A DNA stretch of 64,000 nt from Thermoplasmata archaeon (GTDB lineage: Archaea; Thermoplasmatota; Thermoplasmata; Lutacidiplasmatales; UBA184). Location: NCBI GenBank assembly GCA_038729445.1, contig JAVYSA010000001.1:12300-76299 (forward strand), read 5' to 3'. Each line of letters begins with the position of its first letter. The stretch's first letter is position 1. This document shows, piece after piece, positions 45,678 to 54,338 of this stretch. A model generated the notes under the pieces. The model did not search any database and was not told the DNA's origin. It saw only the letters and a list, made by a program, of their open reading frames with translations. A program made the translations under genes and the position numbers.

Positions 45678-46521
45678 GCCGGTTCCGATCAGCGTCGTCG
45701 TCACCGTCCGCAACGAGGAGTCCCACCTCCGTGCCCTGCTCGACAGCCTGATCGTCCAGGAACCCCCCTTCGAGATCCTGATCGTCGACGGCGGGAGCCG
45801 CGACGGCACCCTGCGCGTCGCCCGCGAGTTCGAGCGCGCCCACCCCGGGGTCGTCCGCGCTTGGCTTTATCCCTCGAGCCGGGGGGAGGGACGCAACCAC
45901 GGGGTGGCGCGGGCCCGCCACGACCGGATCGCCTTCACCGACGGCGACTGCGTCGCCGACCCGGGCTGGCTCGCCGCGATCCGCCGGGGGTTCTTGGAGG
46001 CGCCGGTCGTCGCGGGGACGACCGTCCCGATCGCGCCCTCGCGGTTCGGCGAACTCGAGCGGGTCGAGCTCTACCTGGAGGGGAGCGACGTCACCTTCCC
46101 CTCCGCGAACCTCGGCTACGCGGCCGCGCTGTTCCGCGAGCTCGGGGGGTTCGATCCCCGGTTCGTCACGGCGGAGGACATCGACCTCAACCTGCGCGCC
46201 GTCCAGGCGGGAGCACGGATCCTCCACGTCCCCGAGGCGATCATCCGCCACCGGCCGAGGGAGAGCTGGCCGGCGTTCCTTCGGCAGGCGTTCTGGAACG
46301 GCTACGGGCGCAAGCAGCTCACGGAGAAGCATGGGGCGATGTGGGGCCACTACCGCGTCGAGCGCCTCGCCCACGGCCAGCGGGGGGCGGTCGCGATGGT
46401 CCGCCTCGGGGCCGCGCTCACCGGCTATTTCGCCCGCGTGCTCACGGGCAGGAGGGACCGGATCGCGTACGAGGGCCCGGTCCGCCCGGGGGCCACGGGG
46501 GCCCCCCCCAAGGCCGGCTAG
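45667..46521 (+). CDS. Family 2 glycosyltransferase
   Basis: ISVVVTVRNEESHLRALLDSL..Q....EILIVDGGSRDGT...DGDCVADPGWL shows GT-A fold DxD-type motifs. The TTG/GTG start overlaps the end of the PRC-barrel gene. Confidence 0.8.
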   Translation: MPSEPVPISVVVTVRNEESHLRALLDSLIVQEPPFEILIVDGGSRDGTLRVAREFERAHPGVVRAWLYPSSRGEGRNHGVARARHDRIAFTDGDCVADPGWLAAIRRGFLEAPVVAGTTVPIAPSRFGELERVELYLEGSDVTFPSANLGYAAALFRELGGFDPRFVTAEDIDLNLRAVQAGARILHVPEAIIRHRPRESWPAFLRQAFWNGYGRKQLTEKHGAMWGHYRVERLAHGQRGAVAMVRLGAALTGYFARVLTGRRDRIAYEGPVRPGATGAPPKAG

Positions 46522-47462
46522 GCCCGCCCGGACTTCTGCAGCTCGAGCAGGTCCTCGGTGCTGACCTTCTCGCCCTTCTTGAGCCGGGCCAGGAAGTCCT
46601 CCTCCTTCGGGGGTTCCTCCGACCAGGAGGAGGGGGCCCGGCCGCTGCGGGCCGCGTAGAGCATCTTCTCGATGTCGTGGACCTCCTCGATCGCCGCGAT
46701 GTGGGCCCGGTGCTCCTCGTCGGCGCGGGACTTCGTCTCGATGAGCTTCGCCTGGATCTCGTCGGCCTGGCGGCGCAGATCGTCGACCTTCTCGTAGAGC
46801 GCGACCATCGCGTCGTGGGCCCGCTGGGCCTCCTCGGCGAGCCGCCCCACGGCCGCGTGGTGCGCCTCGGCCTCCGCGCGCGCCGCGTTCATCTCCTCGA
46901 GGGCCTTCTCGATCTCCGGATCGCGGCGGAGCTGCTCATCCTGCTCGCGGATTGCGGCCTCGAGCCGCTTCATCTCCTCGATGAGGCGCTTCTCCTGCTC
47001 CCCCGTGAGCGCCGTCGTCATGTGCCGGAACTCGAGCTCCTTGAGCTCCTTGCGCAGGCGCCAGACCGGGACCGCCCCCGGCCGGGGCGCCCGGCTGCGC
47101 TTGAGCTCCTGGAAGCGGTCGGCGGCCGCCTGCAGCTTCTGGTTCCACTCCTCCCGGAGCCGCTTCTCGGCGCGGACCTCCTCGTTGAGGGCGTCCCGGG
47201 CGTGCCGGTGGTCCTGGGCCTCGGCGCTGAGCCGGTGCAGCTCGTCCAGGATCGCCCCGCGCTGGTCGGCGAGCGCCCGGGCCTCCGCGTTCAGCCGGTC
47301 CCGGCGGGCCCGGTGCTCATCCGCCCGCTGGTTCGTCTCGGCCCGTCGCCGCTCCAAATCCGCTGTCGCGTCCGCCACGGAGTCCAGCCTCTTCGCCGAA
47401 GGTCCGCCGAATCGGCGTTCGAGAGGGGGGCTCAATAAAAGGCTAACGCGCGGCGGGAACAC
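46518..47462 (-). CDS. Coiled-coil protein (314 aa), function unknown
   Basis: More than 250 aa of heptad-rich, charged helix (ERRRAETNQRADEHRARRDRLNAEARALADQRGAILDELHRLSAEAQD...). GTG start is at 47462. An alternative GTG is at about 47378, with a TATA-like TTTTATT at about 47432-47438 on the minus strand. The gene is divergent from the HerA-like ATPase. Confidence 0.7.
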   Translation of the reverse strand: MFPPRVSLLLSPPLERRFGGPSAKRLDSVADATADLERRRAETNQRADEHRARRDRLNAEARALADQRGAILDELHRLSAEAQDHRHARDALNEEVRAEKRLREEWNQKLQAAADRFQELKRSRAPRPGAVPVWRLRKELKELEFRHMTTALTGEQEKRLIEEMKRLEAAIREQDEQLRRDPEIEKALEEMNAARAEAEAHHAAVGRLAEEAQRAHDAMVALYEKVDDLRRQADEIQAKLIETKSRADEEHRAHIAAIEEVHDIEKMLYAARSGRAPSSWSEEPPKEEDFLARLKKGEKVSTEDLLELQKSGRA

Positions 47463-47527
47463 CGGGGGATTGGGATCGGGGCCATGCCGCCCCGGCGGGG
47501 CCGGCCCGCTTCCTCGGCCGCGCTACC

Positions 47528-47535
47528 CTAATAAT
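47528..47535 (+). promoter_or_regulatory. TATA-like box (CTAATAAT) for the HerA-like ATPase gene
   Basis: It overlaps the ATG listed at 47534. An in-frame GTG at 47558 lies about 25 nt downstream, which implies a leaderless transcript that starts there. Confidence 0.4.
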
Positions 47536-49009
47536 GCCGCGCCCGCTCGATGCCGGCGTGGAGGAGGTCGGGCGGATCTTCGGCGACGTCGGGCTCGGCC
47601 GCTTCCAGCTGAGGCTGTCCCGGCCGGTGGAGCGGGGGGACTACCTCAGCGTCCTCGACGAGACCCACGGGCACGTCCTCTGCCAGCTGGACGACATCCA
47701 GCGCAAGAGCGACCTCGACCTCGAACGGGCCGGGACCCTCACGCCGTCGGAGGAGACGGCGATCCGGGAGAGCTTCCTCGGCCAGGCGATGATCATCGGC
47801 TACCGGGACGGCCAGGGGATCGTCAAGGTCCCGACGATCCCGTTCCGACCGGGCGCCCACGTCTACCGGGCCGAGGAGGCGCTCATCGCCCGGGTCCTCG
47901 GCCTCGGCCACAAGCCCCGCACGGGGGCCTACATCGGCCTCCTGCGGAACCACACCCTGCGGGTCGAGCTCGACATCAACCAGCTCGTCCAGCGCCACGT
48001 CAGCGTCCTCGCGAAGACCGGCGGCGGGAAGAGCTACCTGCTCGGCGTGTTGATCGAGGAGCTCCTCCGCCACCGGGTCACCTGCGTCATCGTCGACCCG
48101 CACGGCGAGTACGGGTCGCTCCGCCAGCCGGCCCCCCGGTCGGCCGGGCAGGCGCGCTTCGGGGTCGAGTCCCAGGGGTTCGCCTCCCAGGTCGAGGAGT
48201 TCAGCCCGGACGTCTCGCTCAACCCGCACGCCCGCCCGTTGACGATCTCCCTGCGGCACATCGACCCGCGCGAACTGCTCGTCTTCATGGGCCTGTCGAA
48301 CATCAAGCCGTTCCTCGCCCCCCTCAAGGGGATCATCGACCGGGCGGGAGCGGTGACCCCGGACTACACGGTCGCCGACCTCGTGCGGATCAGCGAGTCG
48401 GTCGAGGGGGCGGTCGGGGAGACCCTCTTCGAGCGGCTCCAGTACCTCGAGCAGACCAAGCTGCTCGGGCCGCAGGGGACCCCCCTCAAGGAGCTCGTCC
48501 AGCACGGGAAGGCGACCCTGATCAACCTGCGGGGGATCGCGCCCGACATCCAGGAGCTGGTCGTCACCCGGATCGCCTCGACGCTCTTCGACCAGCGGAA
48601 GAAGGGCCAGATCCCCCCGCTGTTCCTGGTGATCGAGGAGGCCCACAACTTCGCGCCGCAGCAGGGGCAGGCCGCCTGCTCCCGGATCCTCAAGAACATC
48701 GCGAGCGAGGGACGGAAGTTCGGCCTCGGCCTGTGCGTCGTCACGCAGCGGGCCGCGCGGATCGACAAGAGCGTGCTCTCCCAGTGCAACACCCAGCTCA
48801 TCCTGCAGGTCACCAACCCGCTCGACCTGCGCGCGATCGCGCAGTCGATCGAGGGATTGACACCGGGGATGACGGAGATGATCCAGTCCCTCCCGGTCGG
48901 CACGGCCCTCGTCACCGGCGGGGGCTACCACACCCCCCTCTTCTGCGAGGTCCGGCCCCGTTCGACGCGCCACGGCGGCGAGAGCGTGACGATCGTCGAG
49001 GCCGCCTAG
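47534..49009 (+). CDS. HerA-like (DUF87, FtsK/HerA superfamily) ATPase with N-terminal HAS-barrel
   Basis: Walker A VLAKTGGGKSYLLGVLIEELL, Walker B LFLVIEEAHNF, and VVTQRAARIDKSVLSQCNTQLIL. The N-terminal approximately 120 aa form a barrel region. The true start is probably the GTG at 47558. Confidence 0.8.
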   Translation: MPRPLDAGVEEVGRIFGDVGLGRFQLRLSRPVERGDYLSVLDETHGHVLCQLDDIQRKSDLDLERAGTLTPSEETAIRESFLGQAMIIGYRDGQGIVKVPTIPFRPGAHVYRAEEALIARVLGLGHKPRTGAYIGLLRNHTLRVELDINQLVQRHVSVLAKTGGGKSYLLGVLIEELLRHRVTCVIVDPHGEYGSLRQPAPRSAGQARFGVESQGFASQVEEFSPDVSLNPHARPLTISLRHIDPRELLVFMGLSNIKPFLAPLKGIIDRAGAVTPDYTVADLVRISESVEGAVGETLFERLQYLEQTKLLGPQGTPLKELVQHGKATLINLRGIAPDIQELVVTRIASTLFDQRKKGQIPPLFLVIEEAHNFAPQQGQAACSRILKNIASEGRKFGLGLCVVTQRAARIDKSVLSQCNTQLILQVTNPLDLRAIAQSIEGLTPGMTEMIQSLPVGTALVTGGGYHTPLFCEVRPRSTRHGGESVTIVEAA

Positions 49010-49039
49010 CGGCCTTCGCGCGGCCCGACCCCCGATCGC

Positions 49040-50599
49040 CTACCGACCCGCGGGGGGAGGAGACCCGGGCCGGTCCCAGTCGAGCAGGGCCCGGGCGACA
49101 AGGCGGACCCCGAAGCCGACCGCCCCGACGCCCAGGTAGGCCGGCAGGAACCGCTGCGTGGCGCGGCGCGTGTAGGCCGGCCCGGCGATGTCGAGATGGG
49201 CCCACGGCCGCCCGAGCGTGAACGTCTCGAGGAACGCCGCCGCGGTGAGCATGCCGGACATCGGCATCTCGATCGAGTTCCGCACGTCCCCGAACTCGGC
49301 GTAGCGGACGAGCTCCCGATGGTAGTCGGTCAGCGGCATCCGCCAGATCGGCTCTCCGGTCCGCGCGCTCGCCGCCAGGAGGCGGGAGGCGATCCCGTCG
49401 TCGTTGGCGACGAGCCCGGCCGTCGCGTCGTCGAGGGCGACCGACTGCGCCCCGGTCAGGGTCGCGAGGTCGATCAGCGCGTCGGGGCGGTAGCGCTTCG
49501 CGACGTAGGCGAGGGCGTCCGCGAGGACGACCCGGCCCTCCGCGTCGGTGTTGAGGACCTCGATCGTCGTGCCGGAATAGGTCCGCACGAGGTCGCCCGG
49601 CCGGTACGCCGAGCCGCTCGGGAGGTTCTCGGCGCATCCGAGGACGCCGATCACGCGGGGGCGCACGCCGAGCGCCCGCACCGCCCGCAGGATCCCGAGG
49701 ACCGCGACCGCGCCGGACTTGTCGAACTTCATGTACGACATCTGGGCGGCGGGCTTGATCGAGATCCCGCCGGAGTCGAAGGTGATCCCCTTGCCGACGA
49801 CCGCCACGGTCGGGGGGTTCCGTCCCCGGCCCGGATACTCGAGGACGATCATCCGCGGGGGGTTCGCGGACCCGCCGCCGACGGCGAGGATGCCCCCGCA
49901 GTGCATGCGGGCGAGCGCGCGCTCGTCGAAGACCTCGACCCGGAGCCGGTGGCTCCGGGCCAGGGCCCGGGCCTCCCGCGCGAGCCGCTCGGGGGTCGCC
50001 TCGCAGGCGGGGAGGTTGGCGATGTCCCGGGTCCACCGGACGACCTCCACGAGACGGAGCTCCTCGTCGAAGGCGGCCCGGAGCGCCGCGCCGGCTCGGC
50101 CGGCGACGATCGTCGCCTGTGCGATCGGGGGCTTGTGGTCCCCCGTGCGGTAGCGGTCGAAGCGGTACCCCGCGAGCCCCGCGCCGTCGACCACGGCCCG
50201 GACCGCCTCCGTCGCCTCGAGCGCCCCGTCCCCGAGGAACGAGGCAAGGTCGTAGGCGACGGAGGAGACCCCCCGGCCCTCCAGGGCCCGGAGCGCCTCC
50301 GCGCTGGCCCGGCGCGCCGTCTCGGCGCCGTAGCGGTCCTTCGGCCCGAGGCCGACCAGGAGGAGCCGGGACGGGCCCGGATCCCGCCGGCCCGTGCCGA
50401 GATGGATCGTGATCGTCTCCTTGCGCCGCCCGGTGAACTCCCCCTCGGCCCACGCCCGCCGGAGCGTCTCCCGCGCCGCGTCGGGGATCCCGGGGAGCGC
50501 CGGAGGCCCCGGCGGGCCGCCGGAGGGCCGCTCGAGCACCCCGGCCACCCGGGCGTCGCTCTCCGACAGGGCCCCCGCCCCGGCGAGGCTCAGCCGCAC
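49040..50599 (-). CDS. pepA: Leucyl aminopeptidase (M17 family)
   Basis: VGKGITFDSGGISIKPAAQMSYMKFDKSGAVAV and NTDAEGRVVLADAL are M17 catalytic motifs. Confidence 0.9.
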   Translation of the reverse strand: MRLSLAGAGALSESDARVAGVLERPSGGPPGPPALPGIPDAARETLRRAWAEGEFTGRRKETITIHLGTGRRDPGPSRLLLVGLGPKDRYGAETARRASAEALRALEGRGVSSVAYDLASFLGDGALEATEAVRAVVDGAGLAGYRFDRYRTGDHKPPIAQATIVAGRAGAALRAAFDEELRLVEVVRWTRDIANLPACEATPERLAREARALARSHRLRVEVFDERALARMHCGGILAVGGGSANPPRMIVLEYPGRGRNPPTVAVVGKGITFDSGGISIKPAAQMSYMKFDKSGAVAVLGILRAVRALGVRPRVIGVLGCAENLPSGSAYRPGDLVRTYSGTTIEVLNTDAEGRVVLADALAYVAKRYRPDALIDLATLTGAQSVALDDATAGLVANDDGIASRLLAASARTGEPIWRMPLTDYHRELVRYAEFGDVRNSIEMPMSGMLTAAAFLETFTLGRPWAHLDIAGPAYTRRATQRFLPAYLGVGAVGFGVRLVARALLDWDRPGSPPPAGR

Positions 50600-50615
50600 G
50601 GGATCGCCGCCCGGC

Positions 50616-51026
50616 CTACAGCGACGGCCGCAGCTTCTGCCGGTCGACGCGGATCCCCGCCGGCGTCAGGCAGATCAGGTTCTTCGCAATCCCGGCGACG
50701 TCGCCGCCGGTGTCGCGGGCGATGTTCTTCAAGTCGGCGCTCATCCGCTTGACGGCGGTCGCGTCGTTCGCGATCGAGGTGTAGTCGAGGATCACGATGT
50801 CGCCCTGGTAGCAGTACTTCGCGTAGGAGTGGATGTCGTCGAGGCGCAGGACCTCGGCGAGCCGCACGGTCCCCTTCGCCCCGAGGGCGAGATCGGCCTC
50901 CTCGCCCGAGAGCTTGCCGAGATCGACGAAGCTCTCCTCGTCCAGCGTCTCCGCCCCGTGATGCCGCCGCAGGATGCCGCCGCGCGCCATGCCCCACTCC
51001 GCCGCCGATGGAGCGGCCCTCGGCAC
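50616..51026 (-). CDS. sepF: Cell division protein SepF
   Basis: IHSYAKYCYQGDIVILDYTSIANDATAVKRMSADLKNIARDTGGDVAGIAKNLICLTP matches SepF/DUF552. The start could be the internal MARGG at about 50990. Confidence 0.8.
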   Translation of the reverse strand: MPRAAPSAAEWGMARGGILRRHHGAETLDEESFVDLGKLSGEEADLALGAKGTVRLAEVLRLDDIHSYAKYCYQGDIVILDYTSIANDATAVKRMSADLKNIARDTGGDVAGIAKNLICLTPAGIRVDRQKLRPSL

Positions 51027-51818
51027 TTAAGGGTATTGTTCCAGTCTCCCGACCGGCCGGCGGCCCCGGCCGGCCTCGCGCGGGATCCGCACGCAGAACG
51101 TCACGCGGTAGACGTCGACGCCGTTCTTGCGGCCGACCAGCGTCGCCGACTCCTGAATCCGGGCCTCGAGCCGCTGCTTGGCGAGGCGGGCGAGCGAGCG
51201 GGCGGCCAGCGTGTCCTGTGCGTAGACGTCCCAGCCCTCCGGCCGCCGCTCGGTCCAGGCAATCGCGCCGCGCCAGTCGCTCCGGGCCTCGGAGAGGAGC
51301 GCGGTCCACTGCGCCTCGAGGCGGGTCCTTAGGGCCTCGGCCTTCTCCCGGGGGCCGTCGGCGGGGCCGCGGAGCTGGAGGACCGCCGTGTAGTAGTGCC
51401 CGCTGCGACGGGAGCATGCCTGGCAGCTCCGCTGCTCGAGCCGCACGGTGAGGGGGAACTCGATCGTCCGCTCGACCCCGCGGAAGCGGACGCGCGCGGT
51501 CGCCCGGAACTCGTGGATCGTCGCGTTCGCCTGCACCTCCCTCCAGTCGACCGAGCGAACGCCGAGCTCCGGATGGAGCTCGACCAGGGGGAGGAGATCC
51601 TCCGGGGTGAGATGCGGAGGCCGGCCCGAGGCCTCCCAGTGGGCGCCGATCCAGCGGGCCCCGCAGGTCGGGCAGAGGACCACCACCGCCCGGCCGGGGG
51701 GGCGGACGAGCTCGGCCCGGTCCATGGCGCAGTCGGCGCAGACCCCCCCCTCGAGCGGCCGGCCGGTCCGCCCGCAGACGACGCAGAACCCCCCCTCCGT
51801 CTCCGGTGCCCCCGTCAC
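51027..51818 (-). CDS. nmd3: NMD3-like ribosomal large-subunit export/biogenesis factor (archaeal homolog)
   Basis: N-terminal CVVCG...CADCA and CPTCG zinc-binding clusters, followed by the conserved HYYTAVLQLRG OB-fold region. Confidence 0.8.
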   Translation of the reverse strand: MTGAPETEGGFCVVCGRTGRPLEGGVCADCAMDRAELVRPPGRAVVVLCPTCGARWIGAHWEASGRPPHLTPEDLLPLVELHPELGVRSVDWREVQANATIHEFRATARVRFRGVERTIEFPLTVRLEQRSCQACSRRSGHYYTAVLQLRGPADGPREKAEALRTRLEAQWTALLSEARSDWRGAIAWTERRPEGWDVYAQDTLAARSLARLAKQRLEARIQESATLVGRKNGVDVYRVTFCVRIPREAGRGRRPVGRLEQYP

Positions 51819-51840
51819 GGCCGTCCTCCCGTCCCCCGCG

Positions 51841-52167
51841 CTAGGAGGGCATCGTGAAGATCTCGGCGTGCGGCACGCCTCCCAGGGAGCCGGTCGCGCC
51901 GCCGTCGAGGATCCCGCCCTCCTGCGCGAGGGCGATCGTGCGGGCGCCGAGGAGGTTCGCGGTGGTGGCCCGGGCGAGCGCCCAGAGGAGCTCCTCCCGC
52001 CCGACCCTTCGCTCGCCGTAGAACTGCGGGCTCACGCGGACGGTCCGGCCCTGGGTGCCGACGGGAAGGTCCTGGCCGAGGAGCTCCTCGTCGCACGCGG
52101 CGACGACGATCTCCGCACGGACCCGGTGGATCCGCATCACGATCCCCCCGCCGCCGCTCGGCTCCAC
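51841..52167 (-). CDS. DUF424 family protein
   Basis: IHRVRAEIVVAACDEELLGQDL..G...RVSPQFYGERRVGREELLWAL matches the DUF424 pattern. Confidence 0.7.
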   Translation of the reverse strand: MEPSGGGGIVMRIHRVRAEIVVAACDEELLGQDLPVGTQGRTVRVSPQFYGERRVGREELLWALARATTANLLGARTIALAQEGGILDGGATGSLGGVPHAEIFTMPS

Positions 52168-52210
52168 TGCCGACGGAGGCCGGGGGGAGCATATAGGCCT
52201 GCGCGGGGAC

Positions 52211-54328
52211 TCAGAAGCGGACCAGCTGGTAGAGGTCCGGGCGGATCTCGACCAGCTCGCCCTGGTTGCGGAGCACGTAGAAGAGCGCCTCGGCGCGGGG
52301 CGGGTCGATCCCCTCGTTCTGGGCCTCCCTCTGGACCTCGGCGAGCGTGAACGCCCCCTCCGGTCGCTCCTGCAGGCGGCGCATGATCGACAGGAGGACC
52401 TCGAGCCGCTCGCGCTGGCTGTGGCTGTGGCCGGTCATCACGAGGTCGATGTCGAGCGCCCCCTTGTCGTCGCGGGAGACGCGGCCCAGGAAGTTCTCGA
52501 CGACCCGGATCGCCCGCTCGGCGTCCTCGACGCCGACCTCCGGGGAGAGCCGGGCCCGGGCCGCCGCCTCGCTGAAGCGGATCAGCGCCTCGAGCTGCCG
52601 GGCCGTGATCGGCACGGGGGCGTCGGGGCCCTCGCCCTGACGCCGCACGCGGACGTAGAAGTCCTCGAGGGCCTTGAGCGACGCCGGACTGAGCACGGGC
52701 CGGACCCTCTGGCGCGCGTAGGCGACGTACTTCTTCAGGAACGCCGCGGAGAACGGCGTCGGGGGGACCGCCGCCCCCCCGGCCTCGCCCAGGCGGTCGG
52801 AGACATGGTGCGACTTCAGGATCTGGGCGGCGAGCTTGCGGTCCCGCTCGGGCTGGGGCTTGTCGAGGATCGAGAAGATCGCGTCGAACCGGGAGAGGAG
52901 CGTCGCCGGCAGGTCGAGCTGCTGGGCCATCGGCGTGTCCTGCCGGAACCGGCCGAGCTTCGGGTTCGCCGCCGCGAGGACCGCGCAGCGGGCGTTGAGC
53001 GTCGCCGTGATGCCGGCCTTGGCGACCGAGACCGTCTGCTGCTCGAGCGCCTCGTGCATGGCGGACCGGTCCTCGGGGGTCATCTTGTCGAGCTCGTCGA
53101 CCACCGCCATCCCGCCGTCGGCGAGCACCAGCATGCCGGCCTCGAGCACCCAGCGGCCTCCCGCGAAGTCGTCCTTGACGGCCGCGGCGGTCAGGCCGGC
53201 GGCGGTCGCCCCCTTGCCGCTGGTGTAGATGCCGTGCAGCGCGATCTCGGCAACGTAGCGGAGCAGCTGGCTCTTCGCGGTCCCCGGGTCCCCGATGAGC
53301 AGGATGTGGATGTCTCCCCGCGTGCGGACCCCGTCCGGATGGCGCTTCTCCACGCCGCCGAAGAGCTGGAGCGCGATCGCCTCCTTCTCCTGGTCCATGT
53401 CCTTGATCGTCGGCGCGAGGCTGAGCACGATCTTGTCGACGACCGTCGGGTCCCCCTCGAACTGGCGGACCTGGCGCTCCTCCTCCTCGGTCAGGACGAC
53501 CTCGTCGAGCATCGGCTCCTTGCTCTCGATCGAGTTCCCGAGGAGGAGCAGGTCGAACGTCGCGTTCCGGACCGTCCCGCCGCGGCCGGTGCCGACGATC
53601 CGCTGGTAGCTGCGGAGGGTCCCGTTCGCGACGACGCGGTTCCCGGGGACGACATGGCCGGCAAGGTCGCCGAGGAGCAGGACGGCGAGCCCCTGGGGAT
53701 GCGCCCCCCGGTGGAGGCTCTCGGGGGTCTCCTGGACCTCGATCCGCTGCGCGTCGACGAACGTCGAGCGCTCGGCGAGGAGGCGGAACCGGGTTCGGCC
53801 GGCGGGCTTGCCGCACCCGCCCTGGGCGCTGGGGCACTCGATCGGCGGCTGGAAGACGAGCGAGCCCTCGTCCTGGGGCTCGTGGAACTCGACCCCGCAG
53901 CTCAGGCACTGGAAGACCGCGTCCCGGATCTGGGGCCGGACCTCGCTCACCTTGCGCACGATCCCGTCGATCGCCAGGAACCGCCCCAGGTCCCCCTCGC
54001 GGATCTCCCGGATCGGGCGGTGGGCCGTCGCGGGGAGCCCCGTGACCCGGAGCCGAAGCTCGGGGGCCGAGGCCTCCGGGAACGGCAGCGTCTCCTGCAT
54101 CGCCCGGGAGCCCGCGGCGAGGACCGTTTCCGGCCGCTCGAGCAGGACGTCGGCGAGGGCCGTGTCGATCGCCTCGACCGTCGCGAACGGGATCGACAGG
54201 GAGCGCTCCTCGGGATAGCGCTCGGCGATCTGGAGGATCGCCGGCCGCAGGCCGGCCTCCTCGAAGACGGCGGCCCAGCGGCCCGAGAGCTCGAGCGGGG
54301 AGGGCAGGGTGGGGCGGGCGGCGACCAT
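52211..54328 (-). CDS. mcm: MCM replicative helicase
   Basis: ATG at 54328 is internal to listed ORF 52211..54715. The product has a Zn finger CLSCGV...CPSAQGGCG, Walker A ILLIGDPGTAKSQLL, Walker B AVVDELDKM, the arginine finger SRFDAIF and a wHTH C-terminus. At 705 aa it carries no intein. Confidence 0.9.
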   Translation of the reverse strand: MVAARPTLPSPLELSGRWAAVFEEAGLRPAILQIAERYPEERSLSIPFATVEAIDTALADVLLERPETVLAAGSRAMQETLPFPEASAPELRLRVTGLPATAHRPIREIREGDLGRFLAIDGIVRKVSEVRPQIRDAVFQCLSCGVEFHEPQDEGSLVFQPPIECPSAQGGCGKPAGRTRFRLLAERSTFVDAQRIEVQETPESLHRGAHPQGLAVLLLGDLAGHVVPGNRVVANGTLRSYQRIVGTGRGGTVRNATFDLLLLGNSIESKEPMLDEVVLTEEEERQVRQFEGDPTVVDKIVLSLAPTIKDMDQEKEAIALQLFGGVEKRHPDGVRTRGDIHILLIGDPGTAKSQLLRYVAEIALHGIYTSGKGATAAGLTAAAVKDDFAGGRWVLEAGMLVLADGGMAVVDELDKMTPEDRSAMHEALEQQTVSVAKAGITATLNARCAVLAAANPKLGRFRQDTPMAQQLDLPATLLSRFDAIFSILDKPQPERDRKLAAQILKSHHVSDRLGEAGGAAVPPTPFSAAFLKKYVAYARQRVRPVLSPASLKALEDFYVRVRRQGEGPDAPVPITARQLEALIRFSEAAARARLSPEVGVEDAERAIRVVENFLGRVSRDDKGALDIDLVMTGHSHSQRERLEVLLSIMRRLQERPEGAFTLAEVQREAQNEGIDPPRAEALFYVLRNQGELVEIRPDLYQLVRF

Positions 54329-54338
54329 GAGCCGACCT

